From a virus (lineage: Duplodnaviria > Caudoviricetes), in IMG/VR virus record IMGVR_UViG_3300021387_000087: a stretch of 64,000 nt of DNA; one strand, written 5' to 3'. Shown piece by piece: positions 10,525-20,281 of this stretch (positions within the stretch are counted from its first letter, which is position 1; each line of letters begins with the position of its first letter). Below the pieces are notes generated by a model that was not told the origin of the DNA, searched no databases, and was given only the letters and a program-made list of their open reading frames with translations. The translations under genes were made by a program, and so were the position numbers.

Positions 10525-12781
10525 TGATAAAAGAATTAAAGTAGATGCTTCTGTAGAATATATTCCCTATTATAAAGATAATTGGGGAATCATTAAATGT
10601 TCTATTGATAGAGTACGTTCTGGAAAAAATATTTACAAAGGCGATTTAATGGTGTTTAAAGGTCAGATGCCTGAACCAATAAAAGGGTGCCAATATACAA
10701 TTGTTGCAGATTTTGCGTCAGATCCTAAGTGGGGAGATCAGTATGTAATTCAGTCTATGTATACAGCAATTGAATTTGGGGACGATGATACAGGAAAGAA
10801 AAAATATTTGAGTTCATTGTATACACCATATCAAATTGATTGTATGTATAAAGCTTTAAAAGACCCATTTGAAGCACTAAAGAAACGTGACATGGAGTCG
10901 CTAGTTAAAATTAAAGGATGTGCTCTTAAAACTGCAACATATTGGTGCCATAAGTTCCATGAACATTATGATCGTGCTAAGATTTATATAGAACTGGAAG
11001 ATTACAATCTCACAAATAACGTGGTGAACAGACTTATGTCTACATATCATTCACCTGATTTGGTGGTTGATAAGGTTAAAAATAATCCATATGTTCTTGT
11101 AAATGAGGTTAATGGACTTGGTTGGAAAAAAGCTGATGAGATTGCTCTCAAAGGTGGTATTGATCCATTGGGCGAAACCCGTGTCGCAGAATATATTAAA
11201 TATTATTTGAAGATGAGTGGCGATAATGGTATTTCTTGGGTGACGCCTGATCAGTTGCTTGGGGCAATTCTTGATGAAATTGGTGAAGAGGTTGAAGATA
11301 GTACAATTACTAAAGCAATTAGAAGCCTTGACCTTTGGTACGATGATGAAAAAACTAAGATTGGATTACCTTATTTTAGATGGCTGTCTGAACAGATTGC
11401 GACTGAGTTATTAAGAATTAGAGACGCAGAATCTGATTTTAAATATGATGGTTGGGAAGATAGGATTAAAGAACTAGAACAAGAACAAGGCTGGGAGTTT
11501 ACGGATGAGCAAATGAATGGCATTAAGATGGGGCTTGAGAATAATGTTTTACTTATTCATGCTGGGGCTGGCTGTGGTAAGACATCGCTAGTAAGTGGAA
11601 TTTTAGCGGCAATTCCTGACTATTCTCATGTAATGTGTGCTTTGTCTGGTCGTGCTTCCGCAAGATTAGCTGAAGTCACAGGTGAAGAAGGTTTTACGAT
11701 TCATCGACTGTTGGGTTATCCCAAAGGGGATGATTGTTATCAGGGTTTTTTATATAATCAAGATAGGCAGTTGGGATATGATATCTTTATTTTAGATGAA
11801 ATTTCTATGGTTGATGCTAAATTGTTCTATTATTTGATTCGTGCTATTCCTTCTGGTTCAAAATTAATTATGCTTGGAGACGTTGGTCAGCTTGAGGCTA
11901 TAGGTTGTGGTAACGTAGCATACGATATGATTATTTCAAAAGAAATTCCTGATGTTCATCTTACAAAGATTCATCGTCAGGCTGCTAAATCGGCTATTAT
12001 TACAAATAGTGTTGCTGTCAGACATGGTGAACAGATTGTGGATAAAGATTGGAGTGGCACCGAGGTTCGTGGAGAATTAAAAGATCTTGTATTGGATTGT
12101 TATTTAGATTCTTCTAATAGTTTTTATAAAGTTATGGAATATTTTCAGAGACTTTATGCCCAAAAAGATTTTGATATTATGGAGACTCAGATTATCGTTC
12201 CTGTTAAGAAGCGTGGTGTGTCTAATACATACACTCTAAACAACGATATTCAAGAGTTGTATAATCCTGCAAAAGACGGTCTTAAAGAAGAATCTGTTAT
12301 GACCATTAGTTCTGGAGTGAGAATATTCAGAGTAGGCGATAAGGTTATTAATACTGTTAATAATTATAAGGTTGATCCTACTGTATATAACGGTAATATT
12401 GGTATTATCAAAGATATTACGATTGAAGAGAATGAAGATGGCGAAATTGTAGATGTTATGATTATTGATTTTGTTGGAATTGGTAGAGTTAGTATTCCGA
12501 AAGATTATTGGAATCAGCTTGATTTGGCGTATGCCATTACAGCGCATAAATTCCAAGGTTCACAAGCAGACAATGTAATCTTTAACTTTGATTTTGCGTC
12601 ATATAGTCTTCTGACCCGTCAGCTTATTTATACAGCCATTACTCGTGCTAAGAAGAAATGTTATCTCGTATGCCAGACAAGCGCTTTGCGATATGGTGTG
12701 GCACAGGAAGCCATTAGCCATAAACAAACTCATTTACAGGATGCTTTATATGAGATTGCACATCCTAAGTTAGTCTTTTAA
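10517..12781 (+). CDS. RecD2-like SF1B helicase
   Basis: NPY HhH region, AGAGCGKT, TIHRLL, DEISM, GDVGQL, HRQA, YAITAHKFQGS, YTAITRAK. Confidence 0.92.
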   Translation: MSDDKRIKVDASVEYIPYYKDNWGIIKCSIDRVRSGKNIYKGDLMVFKGQMPEPIKGCQYTIVADFASDPKWGDQYVIQSMYTAIEFGDDDTGKKKYLSSLYTPYQIDCMYKALKDPFEALKKRDMESLVKIKGCALKTATYWCHKFHEHYDRAKIYIELEDYNLTNNVVNRLMSTYHSPDLVVDKVKNNPYVLVNEVNGLGWKKADEIALKGGIDPLGETRVAEYIKYYLKMSGDNGISWVTPDQLLGAILDEIGEEVEDSTITKAIRSLDLWYDDEKTKIGLPYFRWLSEQIATELLRIRDAESDFKYDGWEDRIKELEQEQGWEFTDEQMNGIKMGLENNVLLIHAGAGCGKTSLVSGILAAIPDYSHVMCALSGRASARLAEVTGEEGFTIHRLLGYPKGDDCYQGFLYNQDRQLGYDIFILDEISMVDAKLFYYLIRAIPSGSKLIMLGDVGQLEAIGCGNVAYDMIISKEIPDVHLTKIHRQAAKSAIITNSVAVRHGEQIVDKDWSGTEVRGELKDLVLDCYLDSSNSFYKVMEYFQRLYAQKDFDIMETQIIVPVKKRGVSNTYTLNNDIQELYNPAKDGLKEESVMTISSGVRIFRVGDKVINTVNNYKVDPTVYNGNIGIIKDITIEENEDGEIVDVMIIDFVGIGRVSIPKDYWNQLDLAYAITAHKFQGSQADNVIFNFDFASYSLLTRQLIYTAITRAKKKCYLVCQTSALRYGVAQEAISHKQTHLQDALYEIAHPKLVF

Positions 12782-12802
12782 GAAGTAAAAATTAAATACT
12801 GA

Positions 12803-12831
12803 TTGACATGTGAAGTGAGAACGGTTATAAT
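12803..12831 (+). promoter_or_regulatory. Consensus sigma-A promoter
   Basis: TTGACA-N17-TATAAT in the intergenic gap. Confidence 0.85.
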
Positions 12832-12870
12832 AAGTGAGTATCAAATAACCGTTCTCTACTTAAAAAAGGG

Positions 12871-13071
12871 GTGACTATGAAAAAGTTGTGGGTGTATTCA
12901 AAGCCTAATGCTATGGTGGGACATCGATATTCTGATGATGTAGCACTTGTACGTGCCAATAGTGCAGAAGAAGCATTAAATAAATTTAAAAAATTATATA
13001 ATATAAACATGAAAGATATACATTTGGTTGTATTTAATGCTCATGATATCGCAATTTTAACTGATTATTAA
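12871..13071 (+). CDS. Hypothetical protein
   Basis: 66-aa ORF with AAGGGG RBS, first gene after the promoter. Confidence 0.7.
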   Translation: MTMKKLWVYSKPNAMVGHRYSDDVALVRANSAEEALNKFKKLYNINMKDIHLVVFNAHDIAILTDY

Positions 13072-13084
13072 GGAGGAGTGTTGA

Positions 13085-13846
13085 ATGAAATTTCAGTCGG
13101 GAGATGTTATTTATTGGGTAGAACGACATAAAGCGCCTTACTTTGATTATTATGTTGATTTTGGCATCGTGGACGAGGAATTTTCAGATGTCGTGTATGT
13201 TAGACGGTTACATCTACAGGATTGTCGTTATATTAATGGTATTCCATATAAAGAATTTCCCCAATTTACTAAATGGAATAAACTTCCTAAGGGGTGGACT
13301 TATAATACACAGCTGTTCGAAGTTGAGTGGAAAAGTCCAGTACCTATTGATTCAGACGAACATCTGTTAGAAATGTCTCTTAGACTTGATCGTCCAGAAG
13401 ACGTAAAAACAGCCCTAGAACATGGGTTTTTGGTTTATCTCGAAGATTATGATCAGACTGTTCCGCACTCTGAAGTAGATAAGAAGCTTGGTTGGCGTAT
13501 CAGAAAAGAACATGATGATTCAAATTATCTTTTCCCGAATATTTCTCTTCAGAAGGATAACGCTTTTAAAACCTATGAAGAGGCGAAGGCTGTTATTGAT
13601 GCACAGGAAGCTGAGTGGAAACGTCAGTCTGAATTAACTGATGAAGAATGGTCTATTGAACAGATTGATCATGATTTGCAGCGCTGGGCGAAGATTTACA
13701 GCAAATCTCCTGAAGAAGTGCAGAAAATAAGAGAATTTCTTCTGGGTATGGATAAGGTTGAAGATATTGAAACCAGAGCGTTTGGTGAAGATTTTCAGTG
13801 GAAATACTGGAAGAATAAGAAGTGGAGAACTATTGTTTTAGATTAA
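13085..13846 (+). CDS. Hypothetical protein
   Basis: 253-aa ORF with AGGAGG RBS. Confidence 0.8.
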   Translation: MKFQSGDVIYWVERHKAPYFDYYVDFGIVDEEFSDVVYVRRLHLQDCRYINGIPYKEFPQFTKWNKLPKGWTYNTQLFEVEWKSPVPIDSDEHLLEMSLRLDRPEDVKTALEHGFLVYLEDYDQTVPHSEVDKKLGWRIRKEHDDSNYLFPNISLQKDNAFKTYEEAKAVIDAQEAEWKRQSELTDEEWSIEQIDHDLQRWAKIYSKSPEEVQKIREFLLGMDKVEDIETRAFGEDFQWKYWKNKKWRTIVLD

Positions 13847-13860
13847 GAAAGGAATATTAA

Positions 13861-14586
13861 ATGAACGTATATTTGAATGAAATTACAGGCATGGCAGATG
13901 GACTTGTTACTTTGTATTTTAGTAAACGTACTTGGACACGAGAAAAAGAAGAAAATATCAGGCGTGCTTGGAAAGCAGTAAATGAGCCAGATAGTTTAAA
14001 AGGACGTTTTTGGAAAGATGGTGATTTACATTTTATTCATCAGACAATTGAATCTTTTTGTAAATATGCGTGGAAACATACCACAATGCTTGATTTTGTT
14101 ACTATTTCTGTAACTGTTGAAGGAATTCATAGAGCGGGACAGGATGACTGGGACTCTCACGCTAAACGCTTTGATAATCGTATTATTCGTAGTTCCACAC
14201 GTCTTGCAGATTTTTCTGAAGGAGAAATGTCTGATTATTATAAAGATAAAATTATTCCCTTGGGTGTAGCACTTGACTATTTAGGAATTGATGCTCCTAA
14301 AGAATTTGTCAAGGATGATACAATTTATGTTCGTTCAGTAAATGGTTATATTCAAAAAGACCTTGAAAATAATCGTGATGTAAAACGTGGTCTTTATATG
14401 GAATCCATCCCATCAAATTTTATTTTCAAGTGTAATATGGCTCAGTGGGCACATGTATATCGTATGAGAAATAAAACTGGAACGGCTAATCCTGAGGTTA
14501 AGCAACTTGCAGAGGCAATTCAAGATCAGATTGAAGAACAGATGCCTTGGTTCAATCGAGAATTCCTCGCAAAGGTGCAGATTTAA
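13861..14586 (+). CDS. Divergent ThyX-like (flavin-dependent thymidylate synthase fold) protein
   Basis: H-T-T-M-L-D-F, S-H-x...S-S-T-R, N-x3-W-x-H-x3-R, A-x-P-E-V pattern follows the ThyX layout but lacks RHR. Confidence 0.6.
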   Translation: MNVYLNEITGMADGLVTLYFSKRTWTREKEENIRRAWKAVNEPDSLKGRFWKDGDLHFIHQTIESFCKYAWKHTTMLDFVTISVTVEGIHRAGQDDWDSHAKRFDNRIIRSSTRLADFSEGEMSDYYKDKIIPLGVALDYLGIDAPKEFVKDDTIYVRSVNGYIQKDLENNRDVKRGLYMESIPSNFIFKCNMAQWAHVYRMRNKTGTANPEVKQLAEAIQDQIEEQMPWFNREFLAKVQI

Positions 14587-14602
14587 ATAAAGGAGACTAC
14601 AA

Positions 14603-14812
14603 ATGAAACAAATATTTAAAAATATACTAGATTATATATTAATTATCGATATTTCTATTATACCTATTATTCTTATATTAGGAGCCAGTTTTGGTCTTAC
14701 GGGACTGATTATTAAAGGTATATGTTGGGCTATTTTCTTGGAGATTGGCATTTGGTGTGTGGCTTATATTGGGACTTATAGGCAGTATATTTGGTGGTAC
14801 GAAATATGTTAA
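14603..14812 (+). CDS. Small membrane protein
   Basis: Two hydrophobic segments; AGGAG RBS. Confidence 0.65.
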   Translation: MKQIFKNILDYILIIDISIIPIILILGASFGLTGLIIKGICWAIFLEIGIWCVAYIGTYRQYIWWYEIC

Positions 14813-14841
14813 AAAAGTTAATTAAGGAGAAAATTAAAATT

Positions 14842-15195
14842 ATGGCAAAAGGTAACAAAGATTGGATCAAAGTAACTGACAGGCTTCCTGAATCTGAGAA
14901 GACTGTTGAAATTACATTCAGATGGAAAAAACACAACAATCCTGATGAATATTGGTATGGAACATGTAATGCATTTTATGAAGATGGTTCTATTCCTGTA
15001 GAAGATAGTAAGTACGATTGGGATGACTATGATGACGAGGATCTTGTCTGGGATGAATTTACGAACACATGGTATGTCCCTAGAGGATGGCATGAAGATG
15101 TCTGGTTCATGGAAGAGTGTTGGCACATTGATGAAACTGAGTTTGAAGTTGTAGCTTGGAAAGAAAAGTGTAAGCCTTATAAGGAGAAGGAATGA
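14842..15195 (+). CDS. DUF551-like phage protein (start revised to 14842)
   Basis: WIKVTDRLPE...VVAW; AAGGAG RBS upstream. Confidence 0.65.
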   Translation: MAKGNKDWIKVTDRLPESEKTVEITFRWKKHNNPDEYWYGTCNAFYEDGSIPVEDSKYDWDDYDDEDLVWDEFTNTWYVPRGWHEDVWFMEECWHIDETEFEVVAWKEKCKPYKEKE

Positions 15196-15392
15196 TTACT
15201 AAATTGGGCGTTGGGTGGATAATAGGAACACTAATAGTCGCATGCCAATGGTGGTACTATCTGCTTGAGACTGATAATCATATAATGATGTTAATATGTG
15301 CATTGATATATTGGGCACTAGTTGGTATCTGGAGTTGGAATCCATTTCGTATATTTCATAAAAACGAGGAGAATCAAGATGATCGCTTTTAA
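15192..15392 (+). CDS. Small membrane protein
   Basis: Two hydrophobic Trp-rich helices; ATGA overlap. Confidence 0.65.
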   Translation: MITKLGVGWIIGTLIVACQWWYYLLETDNHIMMLICALIYWALVGIWSWNPFRIFHKNEENQDDRF

Positions 15393-15612
15393 AATTGAAA
15401 CACTCACTGATGCACAGAATCTTGTAAATATTTGTGATAAATATTCTTTTAACATTGACGTTATCCATGGCGTACAGACTGTTGATGCCAAATCATTTTT
15501 AGGTGTGGCTTCACTTCTTGGGAATTATGTAAGTGTAATTCCTATCACAGATGATAAAGATACTCTAATTAAATTAGAAAACGAGATTAAACCAATTAGT
15601 CATTGCTATTAA
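15379..15612 (+). CDS. HPr-family protein lacking His15
   Basis: GAGGAG RBS; 77 aa with VDAKSFLGVASL (HPr Ser46 signature). Confidence 0.75.
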   Translation: MIAFKIETLTDAQNLVNICDKYSFNIDVIHGVQTVDAKSFLGVASLLGNYVSVIPITDDKDTLIKLENEIKPISHCY

Positions 15613-15625
15613 GGAGAAATGAATT

Positions 15626-15973
15626 ATGTTGGTAGGAAGTAAGAGTAGACCAGTTCACGTTAGATTTATTGAATATACTGGTAAGTATCCATCATTATGT
15701 ATGGGTGTGCTGATACTTGAGATTGATGGTAAAAGATATCATTTCGGTTATGATTATGACGGTAAATATAAAGATGTAAAAATGCTGCCCCAGTTCTGGA
15801 GTAGTGGTGGTAGCTGTGGATTTAGAAATAATTATTCTGATGCTTATGTAGAGCATGATGATTGGCGTATAGATACAGATGAACTGCCTACTGAGTTGCT
15901 TGATTACGCAGAAGAAATTGACGAAGTATTTAATGAGAATGTTCCGTATGGATGTTGTGGAGGATGTTTATGA
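15626..15973 (+). CDS. Hypothetical protein with C-terminal CCGGC
   Basis: 115-aa ORF with AAGGAG RBS. Confidence 0.75.
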   Translation: MLVGSKSRPVHVRFIEYTGKYPSLCMGVLILEIDGKRYHFGYDYDGKYKDVKMLPQFWSSGGSCGFRNNYSDAYVEHDDWRIDTDELPTELLDYAEEIDEVFNENVPYGCCGGCL

Positions 15974-16152
15974 TGAAGACGATTAATTATTATGATGTAA
16001 TGATGGCTGGCTACGAGTTGCTTAAAGAAGAGACTGATATAATTTATAATAATGATGTTAAGAATCAGGCTGAATCTGCTATACGCATGGGTGGTATTGT
16101 AGACATGGTCTTTCAACTTCGTAAAATGTGCAAAGAAGAAGAGGATAATTAA
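15970..16152 (+). CDS. Hypothetical protein
   Basis: ATGA-coupled ORF filling the gap. Confidence 0.6.
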   Translation: MMKTINYYDVMMAGYELLKEETDIIYNNDVKNQAESAIRMGGIVDMVFQLRKMCKEEEDN

Positions 16153-16154
16153 AT

Positions 16155-16724
16155 ATGTTGCTTATTATTTGTGGCAAGATGTGTTCTGGTAAAGACACTG
16201 TTGTAAAGAGACTTATTAACAAAGGATTCAAAAAGGTGGTGACATATACTACCAGACCAAAGAGAAGAGGTGAGACAGATGGTGTAGATTATCATTTTAT
16301 TTCTACAGAAGAATTCAAGAGGCGAATTCAGGATGGTTTCTTCTTGGAATATAGGGATTATGAAGTTGCTTCTGGTGATATTTGGTATTATGGCAGCGCT
16401 AAAGAAGATGTTATGAAGATTAGAGATGATCAGAAAAAGGTCATTATTCTGAGTCCTTCTGGCGTGGATAAGATGTATGAACTTAAACGTGACGGGTCTG
16501 TAAAATTTAGAGTCGTATATCTTAAATGCAACGATAATACTATTAAAGTGCGTGCAAAAAGACGTGGCGATAAGAAACCAGAGATTGCCAGAAGAATTGA
16601 AACTGATGGTATTGATTTTTCCGTCATGGACATCTTTGCTCAGAAAGTCGTTTGGAATGACGAGGATACTGAGATTGGAGATGTTGTACGGGAAATCTTA
16701 GATTATATAGAAGGAGAGAGTTAA
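16155..16724 (+). CDS. gmk: Guanylate kinase-like protein
   Basis: GKMCSGKD P-loop, TYTTRPKRRGETDGVDYHF, FLEY, YYGS. Confidence 0.88.
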   Translation: MLLIICGKMCSGKDTVVKRLINKGFKKVVTYTTRPKRRGETDGVDYHFISTEEFKRRIQDGFFLEYRDYEVASGDIWYYGSAKEDVMKIRDDQKKVIILSPSGVDKMYELKRDGSVKFRVVYLKCNDNTIKVRAKRRGDKKPEIARRIETDGIDFSVMDIFAQKVVWNDEDTEIGDVVREILDYIEGES

Positions 16725-16725
16725 T

Positions 16726-16935
16726 ATGATTGTACTTTATAGTACAGGATGCCCTAAATGTAAAGTATTAGAAAAGAAATTGAATGCGGATAATATAGAA
16801 TATTCTATGTCTGATGATATTGATGAATTAATTGAAAAGGGCTTTCAGTCTGCCCCTGTATTAAATGTTGACGGTGATTTTATGGAGTTTAAAGATGCTG
16901 TTAATTGGATTAAGAACAGGGGGAAGATGGAATGA
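16726..16935 (+). CDS. NrdH/glutaredoxin-like redoxin
   Basis: CPKC active site, SAPVLNVDG; directly upstream of nrdD. Confidence 0.85.
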   Translation: MIVLYSTGCPKCKVLEKKLNADNIEYSMSDDIDELIEKGFQSAPVLNVDGDFMEFKDAVNWIKNRGKME

Positions 16936-18881
16936 AGATAGATATTAAACTAATTAAAAATTTTGTGTCTCAATATAATAAACTGCAAGCAGAATTTGGA
17001 ACAGAAATTGCAAAGTTAAATGGGTTTGATGATGGTCAGCTTAGTTACACTGATTTTATCGATAATTTTATTGATGAGGATGTGGTAGCTGATTCAAGCA
17101 TTGACGGCAATTCAAATGTGAGTCACAAAGATATTGTTACTCTTGAGCGTGAAATGCCGAAGCCTCATTCTAAATTGCTTGCTTTTAACAAAATTTATTA
17201 TGAGATTTCTAAGAAGTTCGGATTTAAAACGGCAAACGATTGGCTTAGGATGGAATGGATGGGCAAGCTTTATATGCATGATGCCCCATCAAGTACGTTT
17301 CGTAGTTATTGTTTTGCTTATGATTTAACCGATCTTGCAGAAAAAGGATTATTTTTTATTGAGGGACAAAACCCTGAACCCGCAAAGCACCTTACTACTT
17401 TTGTTGATTTTGTAAAAGAATATGTAAGTTTTGCATGCAATAGAACTTCTGGCGCAGTTGGATTGCCTAACATTATTCCTTATATGTTTTATTTTTGGAA
17501 AAAAGATGTTGATCAGGATTATTTAGGCATTAAAACCACTCACAATGAGAAGTATTATGCCAGACAGAATTTCCAGAGATTCATTTATGCTGTTAATCAG
17601 CCTTATGTCCGTGATGGTAGTCAGTCTGCTTTTACAAATACAAGCGTATTTGACCATCCATATTTTGAAGCGCTTTTTGGTGGGGGTGAATTTCCAGATG
17701 GAACTTTTATGATTGATTTTGAAGAAGAGATTATTGAATTCCAGAAGTGGTATATGGAAGTCATGTCTGAAATTCGTAGTACTAATATGTTTACATTCCC
17801 CGTGAGCACTATTTCTCTGCTTCGTCAAGATGGTAAATTTGTAGATGAAGATTTTGCCCGTTGGGCTGTTAAACACAATATGAAATGGTCTGATAGTAAC
17901 TTATTCGTTGATACGAGCGTGAATTCTTTGTCAAATTGCTGTAGATTAAAGAGCAATATTGAGGATTTGGGGTATTTTAATTCCATTGGCGGGACAGCGC
18001 TTAAAGTTGGTTCTGTAAAAGTCAACACTATTAATCTTGCAAGAATTGCGTTAGATACCAATTCTGAAGAAGAATATTTGAAGGAACTTGAAAATCGTGC
18101 ATATATTTGCTTATGTGCTCTTGATGCTGTTAGGCATATCATCCGCAGGAATGTTGAAAAGGGCATTCTTCCCAATTTCACCTATGGATTAATTGACTTT
18201 GAACATCTTTATAACACAATTGGCTTTATTGGCGTGTATGAATCAATGAAGAAGTTCGGATACACCACAATGGATGAGTTTGGTAATACATTCTATACTT
18301 CAAAGGCATCTGCTTTTGGAGAAAAGATTTTTAAAACCATGAGAAAAGTTGCGGATGATTTTATTAAAGAATATAATTGCGATTACCAAATTAACACTGA
18401 ACAGATCCCCGGTGAGAGTGCAGCAGCGAAACTTATGAAGAAAGATAAATTCTTCTATCCTAAAGCGAAGGTATATGATTTACCTCTTTACGGTAATCAG
18501 TTTATTCCTCTTGGAATTAAAACTACCCTTCAGGAAAGAATTAGAATAGCGGCTGAATTTGATGGTTATTGTAATGGTGGTTCGATACTTCATGCAAATA
18601 TTGACGCACCGTTTGATAGCTTTGAAAAAGCATGGAAAATGGTTGAGTATATTGCAGATCAAGGGCTGACCTATTTTGCATTCAATACTAAAATACAGTG
18701 CTGTGAGAATAATCATGCATTTTACGGTACGACATGTCCTGTTTGTGGGAAGCCTGTAGATAGTGAATACACAAGAATTGTTGGCTTTTACACCAAAATT
18801 AAATCGTGGTCTACTGAAAGAACAGCTGAATATAAAATGAGGAAATGGGAACCTGTTAATCAAAATGAGGTTGTATCATGA
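16932..18881 (+). CDS. nrdD: Class III anaerobic ribonucleoside-triphosphate reductase
   Basis: YMHD, FTFPV, SNCCRL, NTIGFIG, EQIPGE, CPVCG, TRIVGFY glycyl-radical loop; no ATP cone. Confidence 0.93.
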   Translation: MKIDIKLIKNFVSQYNKLQAEFGTEIAKLNGFDDGQLSYTDFIDNFIDEDVVADSSIDGNSNVSHKDIVTLEREMPKPHSKLLAFNKIYYEISKKFGFKTANDWLRMEWMGKLYMHDAPSSTFRSYCFAYDLTDLAEKGLFFIEGQNPEPAKHLTTFVDFVKEYVSFACNRTSGAVGLPNIIPYMFYFWKKDVDQDYLGIKTTHNEKYYARQNFQRFIYAVNQPYVRDGSQSAFTNTSVFDHPYFEALFGGGEFPDGTFMIDFEEEIIEFQKWYMEVMSEIRSTNMFTFPVSTISLLRQDGKFVDEDFARWAVKHNMKWSDSNLFVDTSVNSLSNCCRLKSNIEDLGYFNSIGGTALKVGSVKVNTINLARIALDTNSEEEYLKELENRAYICLCALDAVRHIIRRNVEKGILPNFTYGLIDFEHLYNTIGFIGVYESMKKFGYTTMDEFGNTFYTSKASAFGEKIFKTMRKVADDFIKEYNCDYQINTEQIPGESAAAKLMKKDKFFYPKAKVYDLPLYGNQFIPLGIKTTLQERIRIAAEFDGYCNGGSILHANIDAPFDSFEKAWKMVEYIADQGLTYFAFNTKIQCCENNHAFYGTTCPVCGKPVDSEYTRIVGFYTKIKSWSTERTAEYKMRKWEPVNQNEVVS

Positions 18882-19354
18882 AAATTCTTGGTATTATAGA
18901 TGAAGATTTTGTCAATTATAAAAAACCGTCTATGGTAATTGAATTCCCTTATTGTTCGTTTAAATGTGATAAGGAATGCGGCAGACCTGTTTGTCAGAAT
19001 AGCGCTCTTGTCAATGAACCTGTCATTGAAATTGATACTAAAAAAATAGTTGAAAGATATTTGCAAAATCCAATTACTGAAGCAATAGTATTTCAAGGAT
19101 TAGAACCATTTGATTCTTGTGAAGATATGTATGATTTAATAGTTGAGATTAGAAGAAGAACTAATGATGATATTGTGATTTATACTGGTTATGATTATCG
19201 TGAAATATATCATTACACAGATAAACTTGGTCATATATTTCAAAATATAATTATTAAATACGGCAGATATATTCCAGATGTAGAACCACATTTTGATCCT
19301 ATACTCGGTGTAAATCTTGCGTCTGATAATCAATATGCAGAAAAGATATCCTAA
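18878..19354 (+). CDS. nrdG: Anaerobic RNR activase (radical SAM)
   Basis: CSFKC...CQNS, GLEPF, IYTGY, KYGRY, LASDNQ; follows nrdD. Confidence 0.88.
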   Translation: MKILGIIDEDFVNYKKPSMVIEFPYCSFKCDKECGRPVCQNSALVNEPVIEIDTKKIVERYLQNPITEAIVFQGLEPFDSCEDMYDLIVEIRRRTNDDIVIYTGYDYREIYHYTDKLGHIFQNIIIKYGRYIPDVEPHFDPILGVNLASDNQYAEKIS

Positions 19355-19357
19355 GTA

Positions 19358-19386
19358 TTGACAAACAATAATTAAACGGCTACAAT
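19358..19386 (+). promoter_or_regulatory. Sigma-A promoter
   Basis: TTGACA-N17-TACAAT upstream of the HD gene. Confidence 0.75.
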
Positions 19387-19465
19387 ATCATTATATTAAT
19401 ACCTCCATTAGGGCTGTGGGCAGTTGGTACTGTTCATAGCCCACTATTAAAGAAAGGTTACAAAT

Positions 19466-20146
19466 ATGCTTATAACAAACGAACAAAAGGTAGCGGTCTT
19501 CGAACCAATGTTTGAAAAGTTCGAAAATGGATATATACTTGAATTCTTTAAAGAAATAGTTCAATTTATCCCAGATGCAATTTTTTATAAACCAGCCAGT
19601 AGTTCTGGTAAATTTCATAATAGACAGCAGGTTGGGGATTACGGGCAACTTATTCATATCTATATGTTTTTTGATATTTTGAATATGCTTCTTGATCTGG
19701 AATACAATCAAAAGAAATTCGGCTCTTCAATAACACGAGACTTGATGCGTTGTGTTCCTGCATTGCACGATATGAACAAGTATGGACGATATGGTATGAG
19801 AACGCGCACTACCAGTGAACATCCTATTATGGCTGCGAAGCGCATTGCAGAGATTAATCAGCAAAAGAATTTTAAACACTCATTGCCAGAATATCAAATA
19901 CAACGACTTTGTGAAATGTGTGAACGGCATTCTGGTCAATGGAATGAATACAAAGTTCGTGAATATGGTGGTGAGATACGTAAAGGAATCATGGAAAAAC
20001 CACAGAATGACGTGGATATGTTGATTCATGAGTGTGATATGTTAGCGTCAAGAAATTGGCTCACATATGAAATTCCTGAAGATTTAATGCAGAAATTTAG
20101 AGATAATATTAATATGGAATTAATTTCAAAGTTTACGAGACTTTAA
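19466..20146 (+). CDS. HD-domain phosphohydrolase
   Basis: ASSSGKFH, LIH, LHDMNKYG, EHP, RHSGQW, HECD. Confidence 0.85.
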   Translation: MLITNEQKVAVFEPMFEKFENGYILEFFKEIVQFIPDAIFYKPASSSGKFHNRQQVGDYGQLIHIYMFFDILNMLLDLEYNQKKFGSSITRDLMRCVPALHDMNKYGRYGMRTRTTSEHPIMAAKRIAEINQQKNFKHSLPEYQIQRLCEMCERHSGQWNEYKVREYGGEIRKGIMEKPQNDVDMLIHECDMLASRNWLTYEIPEDLMQKFRDNINMELISKFTRL

Positions 20147-20158
20147 TGCTCGTGACAC

Positions 20159-20240
20159 GCCCCTATGGTGAAATTGGCAAACACGTTGGCTTCAAGTACC
20201 AATGCCGAAAGGCTTCAGGGTTCGAGTCCCTGTAGGGGTA
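20159..20240 (+). tRNA. tRNA-Leu(CAA), CCA not encoded
   Basis: Acceptor GCCCCTA/TAGGGGT plus A73; D-stem GTG/CAC; anticodon loop TTCAAGT (C31:A39 mismatch); long variable arm GCC-GAAA-GGC; T-arm CAGGG-TTCGAGT-CCCTG. Confidence 0.9.
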
Positions 20241-20281
20241 TTTAGTAACAAATAATTAAATAAAATAAAAGGAGTAAAACG

